Origin: the human T2T-CHM13v2.0 reference genome, Homo sapiens
DNA: 64,000 bases
Assembly: GCF_009914755.1 (NCBI RefSeq)
Contig: NC_060937.1
Direction: 5' to 3' (one strand)
Shown here: positions 12,150 through 24,180 of the stretch, one piece after another
Layout: every line of letters starts with the position of its first letter
How positions within the stretch are numbered: the stretch's first letter is position 1
Notes under the pieces: model-generated
What the model was told of the DNA's origin: nothing
Databases searched by the model: none
What the model saw: only the letters and a program-made list of their open reading frames with translations
Position numbers and translations under genes: made by a program

Positions 12150-12851
12150 GATACTATCTTACCTCAAAGAGAAAACATTTCTCTGTCACTTGAATAATGA
12201 AACTTACCCGGAGTGGGCACTCTGGAAGGTCAGGGGTGAGAAGGGAAACAGAACTATGAGAGTATGTCAAGCAGAGATCACAGGACGGCAAGGAATTATA
12301 TGGAAAATAGGAATTTTAGATGTAGCTTGAAAATTATAATATTAGTATAAACATTTGTCAGAATCCTAGACTGTGTTGAAATACAAGGTAGGTTTTTGTA
12401 GAGGAAGAGGATAGATGGTCAGAAGCACGTATTGGGGTTGTTACAGCATGGCACATTGCTTTGAAGAGTAGAAATTCAGGAAGAATGTAGCCACCAGGGA
12501 ACCAGAGACAACAATGGCTCTGAGGAAATTTAGGGCAGATCCAAGAGCAAATTGTCACTACTGATGTCATGAGCTACTCACCTGAACCTTGCTTTTTTAA
12601 GAAAGAATTGGCTCAAGAGTTTGAGACGTGACTTCATCAACATGTGATGGTTATGTGAACAAATTTGAAAAGTCTGAAGATGTTGAATTGAATGACTACC
12701 ATATAATAAGTGATGGTTCTCACGGACCATTGATGTACAGAAGTTTCTGTATTATTGTTTTGAAAAATGAAGGAAGTAACTGAGTCATAAATCAATGAGA
12801 GGTGATCCACCCAATTTTTAACGTTTGAATTGTGATTAAATTCAATGAAGT

Positions 12852-12906
12852 TGTATTAGTCTGTTCTCATGCTGCTATGAAGAAAAACCCAAGGCTGGGT
12901 AATTTA
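12852..12906 (-). mobile_element. THE1/MST LTR terminal fragment (~55 bp)
   Basis: tgtattagtctgttctcatgctgctatgaagaaaaacccaaggctgggtaattta, then an abrupt end. Confidence 0.8.
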
Positions 12907-15015
12907 AAACTTATTTTGACCTCTGCAACAATTGTTTCCTTTATCCACTTGTTACAACTATTTTTTTTCTGTAGAAATTTGATTCCCCGCAGTTACTCAT
13001 CTAGAGATTGTCACAAGTGCCATTTTGTTTGTGTTTTTGTCATTTTCATAGACAACATTGATACTGTGCTATTTTCCCAAAGATGTTATTTTAATGGACA
13101 TTTACACTGGTGAATTTGGCAACAACAACACAAACAGCAGAGTTGGGAGAAATGTGGCTGTTTGTATTGAATCTTTTGGCAGAGATACAGGCCTTAGATT
13201 TACTATCCCCCACTGCCTCATCTGACTTGTTTTTATTGTTTTTACAACACAGGAAGATGCTTTGGTGTCCATAGGCCAAACTTTAACTTGCCATAACCCC
13301 TATCCCAAAGGCCTCTAAGCTTGAGTTTATCCTGATCCTTGATGCTACTGCAAATACTTTAATAAAATCATAATAAAATGGATCTTAAAATACAAGTCAC
13401 ACGCTGCAAATGTTTCCCTTTTCTTGTTCCTGCTTCAATCTGTGCTTTAGGAATGTTTTCAGTGCCAAATCCAGTGCCTTTGGAGTGGGTCCCCAAAGAT
13501 TTCTGAACTTTCTATTCTAGCTCTTTGAATAAATGAGACGGTTAGAATTGGCAGGATTTAGTCCTCATCTTCGAAGCCTCAGGGAGTGAGAGTACTAGTC
13601 TTTTCCTGGTGTTAGCTTTGAAGTTCTTGTTTATTTTTTGTTTAAATAGTGAAGGTTTGGAATTGGAAGATGTATGTTTGATGCCTTATACTACAATTTT
13701 CTCAATATAAAATTTAAAAAAATCTTGATGCTTAAAATATCTTTTTTCTCACATATAAGGAGAAAATATTTCTTGTTTAGTTGTTGTGATGACTAAATAG
13801 CATATTAGAGGTTTAATGTTTTGAAAACTACAAAGAAGACCAGTTTAAGAGCATGTGAAGTGCTACCAATGTCAATTCCATTATAATTTATAGATAATTG
13901 AAACACATATAAAAATAAGCTTAGTTTTCTTGAGCAAAGAGTAGTCGTTAAATAGTACACTTAAAATTAATTAACTTAATAGTCACCTAGTTTCTCTTTA
14001 TATGTTTGTTATAATTTCTTAAAAATCCAAAGGAAACATAGTCTTTAAAAAAACTCTGGTTCATTTCTGTTATTTCAAAGGGTTTTATGGGAAATATTGT
14101 ATATATTTGAGAAGAATAAACCACAGTCACACATGGGTGATTGTACCTCCTAACACAGAAGAGCTGTTCAATAAGCTAGATTTATGTCTATAGCATATTT
14201 CCAGAAAGGGAGGGGGAAAAAACTTTGATTTATTTGTATGCTAGTTTTGTGTATATTGAAAGAAAAAACATGGCAAATCATAAAACATTTATTGATAAGC
14301 AATTTCTCATTCTGAGGGAGAATCAGAAATATGTGGCCAATAATTTTGATATTTGATATTCATTTATTTATAAATTTAGCAGCTATTTCATGTTAATTCC
14401 AAAGTGAAATTGAAGTGACTTATCAGCTTCCAAAAATATCTCATATTGCTGGAATATATGCATAACATTTTTATATATTATCTCATTTATTGCAATTTAG
14501 TCATTGTGCATTGAATTTTCAAGATAATAAAATAAAGATTCAGTGACTCACTTCATTAGACACTATAGAATTGGTTAATAAAGAAGAAGGAAAGGAAAGT
14601 CAGGTCTCTTGATGCAAAGTGTGTCATCCATCACATAACATCACACACAGACACTTAAGAGACAAAATTACCATGCTATCCTTTCAGTATTTGTATTGTT
14701 GGTTTAGTCAGTAGTAAATTAGAAATGAAAGACGCAAAGCTCAATCTCTGAGAAGGATAATTTTAAAGAAAAAAAACTTTGTTATGAAGCATCTTAGTAA
14801 TTAGTTAAAATCAAAATGAACCTTTTGGAGATAGAAAATTAAAATTATGATCCATAGAGTCATCTGTGAAAATATCAAAGACAAATCAACTCTTGCTCTC
14901 AAACCCTCTAATCCAATATGGTCCACACCAAAACATCATGAAAGCAGGAAATAGTATGTTTTATTCTATCTCTCTAAGAGCCTAACATATTTCTTTATAT
15001 CTAGTAGAAGACAGA

Positions 15016-15473
15016 TGTATTAGTCAGGGTTCTCCTTAGAAAAAGCACCAATAAGGGACAGACAGATGATAGATATATTACAGGGATTGGCCCACCCCAT
15101 TACAGAGGCCAAAATGTCCCACCATCTACCATCTACAAGCTGGAGAACCAGACGAGCTGGTTGCATGATTTAGTCTGAATCTGAATGCCCCAAAATAGGA
15201 GTGCTAATATTGGATGCAGCAGAAGATAGATGTTCCAGCTGAAATAGAGAGTAAATTCACCCTTACCCTGCCTTTTTGCTTTATTTGGACCCACAGTGGA
15301 TTGGAAGATACCTACCAACATTAGTCAGGGCAGATCTTCTTTACTCAGTCTACTGAATCAAATGCTAATCTCTTCCAGAAACATCCTCACAGACACACCC
15401 AGAAATAATGTTTTGTCAGATATCTGAGCATCCCTTAGCCTAATCTAGTTGACACATAAAACTAGCCATCATA
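15016..15473 (-). mobile_element. MLT2 (ERV-L) solo LTR
   Basis: tgtattagtcagggttctcc...aaacatcctcacagacacacccagaaataatg...gttgacacataaaactagccatca. Confidence 0.9.
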
Positions 15474-16049
15474 CATATCAATGCATTTCTGAAACTAAAT
15501 TCAAACACAGCCAAATCTCAGTGATCCAGCCTTATTCTTGACTCAAAATTAACTTTTCTGAAGCATTCAGAAATATAAAAATGCTTAAAAAATCATGTTA
15601 AAATACTACATATACAAATATCTCCATGATATATACAGCCTTAAATTTTGCAATTTATCATAATATTAAAGAAATTCCAAGAAAACAGAGACATTTCTTT
15701 ATTCTGAAAAACAAACAAAAGATATTGAACTCCAAGACAAATTATTATGGAGTTAAATAAAATGCAAATGGTTACTTACATTTATAAATGTAAGTACTCT
15801 GAATCTCAGCAATTATAATTCACAAGTCTTAAAAATATTAAAACTTTAATGCAAAATAAATAATGCTATAATGTATCTTAGAAAATTGTAAGAATGCAGT
15901 AGATTGCAATAAATATATCTTTGGCTTCTTTCACTTCAGCACTAAGCTAGATGTTAAGGAAACTGTATAGTTTTAGAATTTGTATAAGGTCAACAAGAAG
16001 AAATTATAAAAATATAGAGAATGCATCATTGTTAGCACAAAACCAAAAC

Positions 16050-16430
16050 TAACTTTAAGACATTATACAAAGAAGAGTCAATTGTCTTTGGCAGATGTGG
16101 ATTTTGGAAAAGCCATCCAGGAAGAGAGGACATTGAGCTAGATTCTGCTGGACAAATATGACAGTGCATAACAGTCGTGGAGGAGGAAATTTCCAAAGGG
16201 GAACATTATATGATAAGCTAAAGAGTTTGGAAATGCAGATATATTTATGCTGCTCTATACTGCAGGGTCTATATTTTGTATGAGACATAGAAGAGTTCAA
16301 AACAAAATGATTTTTCTGTGGTATATTAAGGGTCTTGGATTTTATTCTCAGGACGGTAAGGAATTTATAGTAAGATTTCAACAATAAAAATTATATTATT
16401 AAATTTGCATTTCAGAAAGAAAACTGGCAG
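16050..16430 (-). mobile_element. L2 fragment 1 (part of a split L2)
   Basis: ggaagagaggacattgagctaga...tcttggattttattctcagg...aatttgcatttcagaaaga. Confidence 0.6.
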
Positions 16431-17435
16431 AAACAGGATGTTTGTTTGCCAAATATGGTGAAGCTGTCAGAGTCTCTGTCAATATGGGTCACTTTAACTG
16501 AATAGAGTTTTGCCCATTCCATGCATTGGACTTTATGTAATCAGGAATCAAATATATTGTATTAAACCACTGAAATTTGGAAATGTATCTCTTACAATAG
16601 TTAGCACTACTTCTCCATGTAAAGACATTAGTACCTTGAAATTGGGTGGGATTGCAACAGAGATCCGAATACACGACATTGGTTCCATTAGTAAAAAAAA
16701 GAAAAACTTGTGTAAGAATTGTTTAGCTTGTTAACAATACAAAGGAATGGCAGAGTTCAGATTTGTGCAGCTTTGCTGGATTAGAAAACAAAAAGCATTC
16801 TTTGAGAATCCAAATGATAAAAAAATAAAATTGAGTGAGATTTTTAAGAGAAAAAGAACCTGGCTGAAAAGTTCTGATTAAGGATTTAGCCTTTCCAATC
16901 AAGTCTATTATTTCGGATAGCCTAAGGCTAACACCATTAAGTTGAGACAGAGGCATAAGAGTAAGGAAACAAATAATCAGGTTGGAAAATTATGTCTGGG
17001 AAATAACTCCGGACGTGTTTTCTGGGATTTGAAACTTGCTGGAAGTACATAGATTAGAACCCAGTAAGTACTTGAGAAAAGTGTATTATCAATGAAACAA
17101 TAAACTCACACTAATACATTTTGACTCTTTGATCTCAAACTTGCACTGGCAAGAAGCTATCTAAAAATGATGGCTAAAACACTGGACAGTTCTCAGAGGA
17201 ATGCCTCTCAAACATGCATTTCAGTCATGGCCACACTGGGTAATAACCATGAAATAACATACTGGCTTGAGAAAAAACAATAGATAAAAGAATTCTTCCC
17301 ACAAAGTATATAATCAGGATGTAATCAAAGCCTTCCCCTGTCTTCAGGGTAGGGGATTTAGTGATATCCATCGAAAAGAATTTCAAAATTATTGAGCACC
17401 ATGACTTTAGTATCTCCCATTTTAGTCTTTCCAAA

Positions 17436-17436
17436 T

Positions 17437-17470
<34 letters not shown>
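17436..17470. repeat. (GT)n microsatellite
   Basis: Direct read. Confidence 0.95.
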
Positions 17471-17472
<2 letters not shown>

Positions 17473-17983
17473 ATGAGTCTGTGTGTTGAGTGGTAGCAAG
17501 AACAAAGATACTTCATTTTTAGTTCCTGGAATTATTGACATCACATACCAAAAACCAGATTAAACACTGTGCATCATCTAGATATTGTGGACTTTGAGCT
17601 AGGTGCTGTGATTACAAGGGACTTTGAGCCATCTCTCTTAAAGAGGAAGTTGAATGTGTTGCATGTATGGAAAGAGGAGAAAATTAAAATTTCTTTAGGA
17701 TGAAGGTGGGCTATGTTGTTCATTAAAGCATTTCCATCCTCATACACAGCTATACAATACGTTCTTGCCTTTCTCGTAGCCATGTGTGAACAAATCCCTT
17801 ATCAGTGGATTGTAGGCAAAGAGAAGGGATGCCATTTCCATTTTCTTTCTCTGTCCACTAGCTATATGCAGATATTCCAGCAGAGGATCCTGATACCAAA
17901 ACGGATTGCAGAGCCACAGGTTGAAAATAGCAGAGACTCCATGGTTCCCTCAATGATTGCATGGAACAATAACACATGATCCC

Positions 17984-18538
17984 TGTGATGGTTAGTATTA
18001 AGTGTCAAACTTGATTGGATTGAAGGATGCAAAGTATTGTTTCTGGGTGTGTCTGTGAGGATGTTGCTACAGGAGATTAACAACTGAGTCACTGGACTGG
18101 GAGAGGCAGACCCACCCTTAATCTGGGTGGGCACCATACCACTGGCTGCCAGGGAGGCTAGAGAAAGGAGGCAGAAGAAAGTTTAATGAGCGGACTTGCT
18201 GAGTCATCCAGCCTTCATATTTCTCCTATCCTGAATGCTCCCTGCCCCTCAAACATCAGATTCCAAGTTCTTTGGCTTTTGGACTCTTGGACTTACACTA
18301 GTGGTTTGCCTGGTGGTCTCAAGCCTTTGGCCACAGACTGAAGGCTGCACTGTCAGCTGCCCTGCTTTTGAGGTTTTGGGACTTGGATTGATCCACTGCT
18401 GGCTTCCTTGCTCCTCAGCTTGCATAGCCTACCATGGGACTTTACTGTGTGGTTGTGTGAGTCAATTCTCCTTAATAAACTCCCTTTCATATATACATCG
18501 ATCCTATTAGTTATGTCCTTCTAGAGAACCCTAATACA
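17984..18538 (+). mobile_element. MLT2A (HERV-L) solo LTR
   Basis: tgtgatggttagtattaagtgtcaaacttgattggattgaaggatgc...ctagagaaccctaataca; perfect 5-bp TSD ATCCC (17979-17983, 18539-18543). Confidence 0.95.
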
Positions 18539-18649
18539 ATCCCCCATTCCCACCCACCTGACCTGAGAACTAAATTTTATTGCATAAAGCCATCAAGATT
18601 TTCTGTTGTTGAAGTGGCTAGCCTTGCACTGAAGATAGTTTGAAGAACT

Positions 18650-19430
18650 ACCAAACTGAAGTCATAAAAACCACTAGATGTCTCTTAAAATAATCCAGGC
18701 AAGAGATAATAAAGGCTTGATGTTAGATGGTAGTAGTGGGCGAGAATGTAAATCCTATGGTGGATTTGAAATACGTTTATAAGTACATAATTAATTATGA
18801 TATTAGAAGATCAGAAAGTATATTCATAAAACTACAGTTCTGAATTGTATAAATGCTGTTAACTAACATAAAGAAGGAAGAGCAGACATTGTGAAGAATT
18901 GTGAAGAAAATGTTTTATTTTATATTTGAAATGTCTGTAGAACATTCATTAGGTGGGTCTGTGTGTGAATTTTGAGCACAGAAAGAAAAGCAAGGAAAGA
19001 AAAAATAGAATTGGCAATAATAGGCATGTAAGTAGATGGTAGTAAAATAATGGAGGTACCTCTTTGAAATTTCCAATGGGTGGTGGGTAGAATAAAAGGC
19101 TAAGTACAGGATGGATGACATTTAGAGGATAGAAAGATAAAAGACACAGCTTAGAAAACTCTCAATGAAGGGATAGGGAAAAGCTGGATGAGAACCAGAA
19201 TGTAATATGTTAAGTACATTTTCATGAATATAAAAATATTCTATATCATAAATGATGTGAAATAAGGATTGAATAGTGTCCACCATATTTCCCAATTAGT
19301 AAGGTGACTCGTTAATTTAACAAAACATTTTTATCTGAATAAGGAAAACAAAACATTGATTTCTAAGTACTAGGGAAAGAGTAAATTATGTTTTCAGAAG
19401 TAAGAATGAAAATGTAAAAAAAGACAACCA
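18650..19430 (-). mobile_element. L2 fragment 2
   Basis: taatccaggcaagagataataaaggcttga...tttgaaatgtctgtagaacattcattagg...gagaaccagaatg. Confidence 0.65.
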
Positions 19431-19435
19431 TATTC

Positions 19436-19757
19436 TTTTTTTTTTTTTTTTTTTTTTTTTTGAGATAACGGTCTTACTCTGTAGCCAAGGCTGAAGTGCA
19501 GTGGTGCAATCACAGCTCACTTCATCACTGCAACCTCCACCTCCCAGACTCAAACCATCCTCCCACTTCAGCCTCCCAATTACCTGAGACTATAGGCATG
19601 TGCCACCGTGCGTGTCCAGCCAATTTTTTCATTTGTTTTGTAAAGAAGAGTCTCACTACGTTGCCTAGATTGGTCTGGAACTCTCGGGCTCAAGAAATCC
19701 TCCTGTCTCGGCCTTCCAAAGTGCTAGAATTATAGCCTCGAGCCACAGCATCCCACC
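19436..19757 (-). mobile_element. AluJ
   Basis: Long T-tail, dimeric body, cacagctcac and gggctcaag features; flanking aagacaa direct repeat. Confidence 0.92.
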
Positions 19758-19770
19758 AAGACAATGAAGT

Positions 19771-20225
19771 CCTAGTAGATGCTGTGTTATTACACCAGAA
19801 TCCCATTTTCCTGGACTCTGTACCCATCTCCCAGCTGCTGTCCACTGTGACTGTTAACAGTACAAAAGTGTTTCCCTTCTCCAGAGAATTGCTCTCAGCA
19901 ATTGAAAGCTAGAAATACGTTCTTTCCCTCACTTCCAGAAAAGGCCCATAGATAATTTCTGCTTATATCAGGTGGAAATGGCAGTCTCCTTTGCCTTAAT
20001 AGGAACAACTCTGTGATGCTTTTTATATGTTTTCCCACATGAATCAGGCTAAGGATGGACTTTACTTGAATTGGGATTTTTGTTTAGCTCTCTCCTACCT
20101 CACCAATTTGATTCATTCATTTTCTTACAAGTTTTTTTTTTTTTAATGGGGATCACTCCTTCAGTAAATCACATGCATGTAATCCCTGTCACAAACTCAG
20201 ATTTTAGTTATCCAAGCTTCAGATA
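19771..20225 (+). mobile_element. LTR16-like 5' LTR of an ERV-L (HERV16) provirus
   Basis: tagtagatgctgtg...cccagctgctg...ccagagaattgc...gatcactccttcagtaaatcacatgca; followed by the PBS-like ttggtggtagg. Confidence 0.7.
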
Positions 20226-20936
20226 ATTGGTGGTAGGAGGAGTCACGAGAAAAGGATTTCATGTTGGATAACTCAATGCCCAGATCATAATGACACCATC
20301 ACTTGTGGTAGGTAAACTACTGATAGTTCCTAGCAGAAAGCAGATGTGCAATTGATAAAACATTTATCTTTGGTCAACTGGGAAGAAACAAAGATACAAG
20401 ACAAAGGTGTCAGATAAAATACAAGACACCCAACTAAATTCAAATTTCAGGTAAATCATTTTTTCTAGTATAAATATGTTTTATGTATAAGTATGTCCCA
20501 TAAGTATATCCTAATATATAATATACATCTCTTATATGTGTGCCCCATAAATATGTATACTTATACTCATGTATACATATGTCTAATAAATGTATATTTT
20601 ATTTCATGCATGATATATACTTACATATGGGACATATTTATACTAAACATTTATTCATTATTTACTTAAAATTCAAATTTAGTTGAGTGGCTTTTATTTT
20701 TATTTGTTAATCCGGCAGCCCTATTAGAAGAGGTTCATACAATATAACTGGCATTTGAATTGTATGCGATAAATGGTAATAAAAAGGAGTATAAAATCAG
20801 TGGATTTTTTGGAGCACCATTGAGATATTAAGAGAGATATTATCAGGTTCAGAGTAATCATTCTAACTTGAAAGTAGAATTTGAGAGTCACAGGGCCTCT
20901 TTGGAAACATTTACAAAGATCCTCAATTCTATACAG
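20226..20936 (+). mobile_element. HERV16/ERV-L internal 5' region (gag remnant), split by MER53
   Basis: Follows LTR16; gagagtcacagggcctctttgg (ESHRASL) resembles the ERV-L gag coiled-coil region. Confidence 0.55.
20405..20723. mobile_element. MER53 palindromic hAT MITE with an expanded AT-rich centre
   Basis: cagataaaatacaagacacccaactaaattcaaatttcag...gtataagtatgtccca / tgggacatatttatactaa...aaattcaaatttagttgagtg...atccggcagccct. Confidence 0.85.
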
Positions 20937-20937
20937 T

Positions 20938-21946
20938 TTCCTCAGGCAACACAGAGCTAATCCTCCCCAATGGGAGTGGTGAGACCACTTTTTTGTTTTT
21001 TAATTATACTTTAAGTTCTAGGGTACATGTGCACAACGTGCAGGTTTGTTACATATGTATACATGTGCCATGTTGGTGTGCTGCACCCATCAACTCGTCA
21101 TTTACGTTAGGTATATTTCCTAATGCTATCCCTCCCCCCACCACTCCCACCCCACAACAGGCCCCGGTGTGTGATGTTCCCCTTCCTGTGTCCAAGTGTT
21201 CGGTGAGACCACTTCTACTAGAGTGGAGACGTTTCTTTCACTAGGGGTGGGGAGACTGCTTCCGCCAGCAAGAAAGATTCTGATCCATTTAGAGGCTCAA
21301 AGTCCCTGGCTTCATCTAAGTTTCTCCACACATCCCTGTTCCAACTTTCAGCACCTAATTCCTTCCTAATCACTGCTCTCACTTTAAGTGAGACACTCCT
21401 GTGGGGAACTCAAACTGTTGTAACTGAGCCAGTAGAAGGATGAGATTCTGCATTTAACTTTCAATAGTCTGAGCACTGCAGCTCCAGGAGATAAAGGTCT
21501 CCTTCAGAGCACACATAGAAACTTTCAGGTCATGTTTACTGAAATTTATTTGGGAATTTGAATCTCTGAGATCATCTTTTTCTTGCCCATTTTGTCCAGT
21601 GATATTAGAATTAACTAAGCAATCTTATTATATTCATTAATTTGACATAAATACACGGTCACCCAGATTCTTCTTTCCTGTAAGAGGTTGATATTTTGTA
21701 TACCTCCACCGCTAGAACATGCCATGGACTTTCAGCATTATCTTTAATGCTGGAAAGACAGTCATTATTGTCTTTAAATCTAATTAGATTAGAAAGCCAA
21801 TTCCAGAAACCCCAGAACCAAATCAGAAAATTCATCTTTAAAATTATTCTGTTTCTATAATTTATTTTTATGGAGGAGTAATACATTTTTAAAAAATTTT
21901 AAATTTAAAAATCTGTTTGAATTGAACCATTCCCAGTGCCAAAATC
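20938..21946 (-). pseudogene. ERV-L gag 5' remnant (Fv1-related gag family) with leader/PBS
   Basis: ORF 21659..21886 WGFWNWLSNLIRFKD...ESPWHVL matches the ERV-L gag N-terminus. The reverse strand downstream reads ...MCALKETFIS... and VRAVIRKE...SWNRDVW. gattttggcactggga lies next to the MLT2 LTR. Confidence 0.8.
20991..21201 (-). mobile_element. Short, 5'-truncated L1PA4/5-like 3' UTR
   Basis: ttatactttaagttctagggtacatgtgcacaacgtgcagg...; perfect 13-bp TSD GGTGAGACCACTT (20978-20990, 21202-21214). Confidence 0.95.
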
Positions 21947-22230
21947 TGTATTTGTCAGAACTCTCCAGAGAAACAGAACCAATATAATGTGAGATTTATT
22001 ACAAGTACTAGAAATTGATTCATATGATTATTGAGGTCGACAAGACCCAAGATCTGCAGTAGGCAACCTGGAGACCCAGGAGAGCCAGTAGTATAGTTCA
22101 AGTCCAAAGGCTGGCAGGTTTAAGTTCCAGAAATGTGTGAAGTTTCAGTTAAAGTCCTATGACCAAACCAATATCTCAGCTTAAAAACAGTTAAACAGGG
22201 CACATTCACTCTCTCTCTCTTTCACCCTTT
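21947..22230 (-). mobile_element. MLT2 LTR (3' part), the 5' LTR of the minus-strand ERV-L
   Basis: tgtatttgtcagaactctccagagaaacagaaccaat...gatctgcagtaggcaacctggagacccaggagagcc. Confidence 0.85.
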
Positions 22231-22289
22231 CTTTCTTTCTCTCTCTCTGGAGCTGAGAGATTTGAGCTGAAACATTTGAGCTGGGGTAT

Positions 22290-22319
22290 ATCTAGATAGG
22301 TGGATAGATAAAAGATAGG

Positions 22320-22363
<44 letters not shown>

Positions 22364-22385
22364 GACAGATAGATAGACAGACAAT
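22290..22385. repeat. (GATA)n tetranucleotide STR
   Basis: Direct read. Confidence 0.95.
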
Positions 22386-23218
22386 AAATAGGCAGATTTC
22401 TACTACCATGGTGGAATAATTGGTATATTTTACCCTCCCATCATGAGCAGCTAATACACTGGCAACTATTTTTAGTACTGGTCCACAGAAGAGAAGAGAC
22501 TGTTATCCATAAGCAAAGGGAATTCCATAAGGTGAACACATGTTGGATCTGCCTTTCATCCTGGAACACCTTCTGGACCATGACACAAAGTGTTTCCCAT
22601 TTACAACCTGCTGTTATGCTGACCTGGAGAAGAAGAGATTGGAGTTAGGCCTTCTGAAGGGGATCTGAATTTCTACCTTGGAACATGTTTCAGATCACAG
22701 AGCAGGTTGTTAGAGTACAATTAGAGTACAAATGCCATGCTGACCTGAGGAGGAAGAGATGGAAATTTAGGGCTTCTGAACGGACTGAAATTCATGAGTC
22801 AAGGTGTCTGAGAGGAAGGAGCTTCCCAGGGTAAGAAAGCCTACAAATCTGGTGGATGAAGGAGGCCTTCTACAGGTCTTTGGCTAAGGACTAGACTATC
22901 AATATATAGAGTGATATTCCCTGAGGCTTTGCAGAAAGAAGATTCCTTAGGAATAAAAGCTCAAAAGAGCTAACGGAGGACATACGTGTCGAGAAAAAGT
23001 GTAGATCGCGGCCAGCCAGAGTGTACAGAACATGCCGAGTACATCAGGCAATCAACTGAGGCTCTGGAAAAGTTAGACATTAGAAGTAAGGGCTGTACTC
23101 TAGAGTAGTTATTGCATTCAGAATAAGATAAAAATTGGAATGGACTAAGCCCACTAAGAGTAAAATTATCCAGCAGTTATTTAACTGTCAGCACAAAAAT
23201 TGATACCTCTTAAAAGAA

Positions 23219-23320
23219 TTTGGGAGGTTGAGGCAAAAGGATCACTTGAGCTCAAGAGTTCAAGACAAGCCTGGAAAATATAGCAATAACTTGTCTCCAC
23301 TAACAAAAAAAAATTTAAAA
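23219..23320 (+). mobile_element. Alu left-arm fragment (FLAM/AluJ)
   Basis: tttgggaggttgaggcaaaaggatcacttgagctcaagagttcaagacaagcctgg plus an A-tract. Confidence 0.85.
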
Positions 23321-23361
23321 TAATTCCAACACTCTATAAAATCTCATTCACAATGTTCAGC

Positions 23362-23704
23362 TGTCATATTTTGCTATAACAAAGTACCACAAACTAAATG
23401 ACTTAAAAAAACAACATTTTGTATTGAAGTTTTGGAGGCTAGGTCAAAATCAAGATGTCCACACGATAAGTTACTTTTAAGGGCTGTGAGCATATCACCA
23501 ATACATACTTGGTCTTCCTCCTGAGTGTGTGTCTCTCTTCAAATTTCTCCTTTTTTGTAAAAATACCATACATGCTGAATAACTTCATTTTACATTAATT
23601 AACTCTGTAAACATTTTTGTCTCCAAATAATGTTACATTCCAAGGCTTTGGGATTTAGGACATCAACATTTAAATTCCTAGAGAACACAGTTCAACCCAT
23701 ATCA
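23362..23704 (-). mobile_element. MLT1 (A/B-like) LTR
   Basis: gctataacaaagtaccacaaact...tttggaggctagg...ctccaaataatgttacattc...acacagttcaacccat. Confidence 0.75.
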
Positions 23705-23886
23705 CCAACATAAAATAAAATATATCTATTGATTCAAGGAAGCATGAAAATGTGACCTGTAATCAATTGAGCTGGGAGTAATCAATAGAAATAGACCTCA
23801 AGAAAACCCAGATGTGGAAATTATCAAACAATGACTTTAAAACAGCTATGATAAATAGGTTCAATGTTATTAAAAATGGAGATATA

Positions 23887-24180
23887 GACCAGGTGCAGTG
23901 GCTCATGCCTATAATCCTAGCAATTTGGGAGGCCAAGGCAGGCAGATCAACTTAGCTCAAGAGTTTGAGACCAGCCTGGGCAACATAATGGGACCTTCTC
24001 ACTATAAAAATTTCAAAAATTAGTCAGGTGTGTTCATGTGTGCCTGTAGACCCAGCTGCTTGGGGGGCTGAGGTGGGAAGATCACTTGAGCCCAAGAGGC
24101 CGAAGCTGCAGTGAGCTATGATTGTGCCATTGCACTTCAGCCTGGGCAATAGAGTGAGACTCTGTCTCAAGAAAAAAAAA
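23887..24180 (+). mobile_element. AluJ, full length
   Basis: Dimeric Alu with TSD aaaaatggaga(t/c)ata on both sides. Confidence 0.95.

Larger units (their letters stand above)
16450..18640 (+). mobile_element. Old MLT1 (MaLR) element: 5' LTR end, internal region and 3' LTR (split by MLT2A)
   Basis: LTR end attgtattaaaccactgaaatttgg, then internal start ttagtaccttgaa; internal end gaaggtgggcta at ~17702-17713; second LTR ends ttttattgcataaagccatcaagatttt. Confidence 0.55.

Noticed and set aside
12200-12680. Minus-strand splice-donor-like sites (GGGTAAGT ~12205, CAGGTGAGT ~12580) suggesting lncRNA exons
   Set aside because: No convincing acceptor or ORF, and such motifs occur by chance; needs transcript data.
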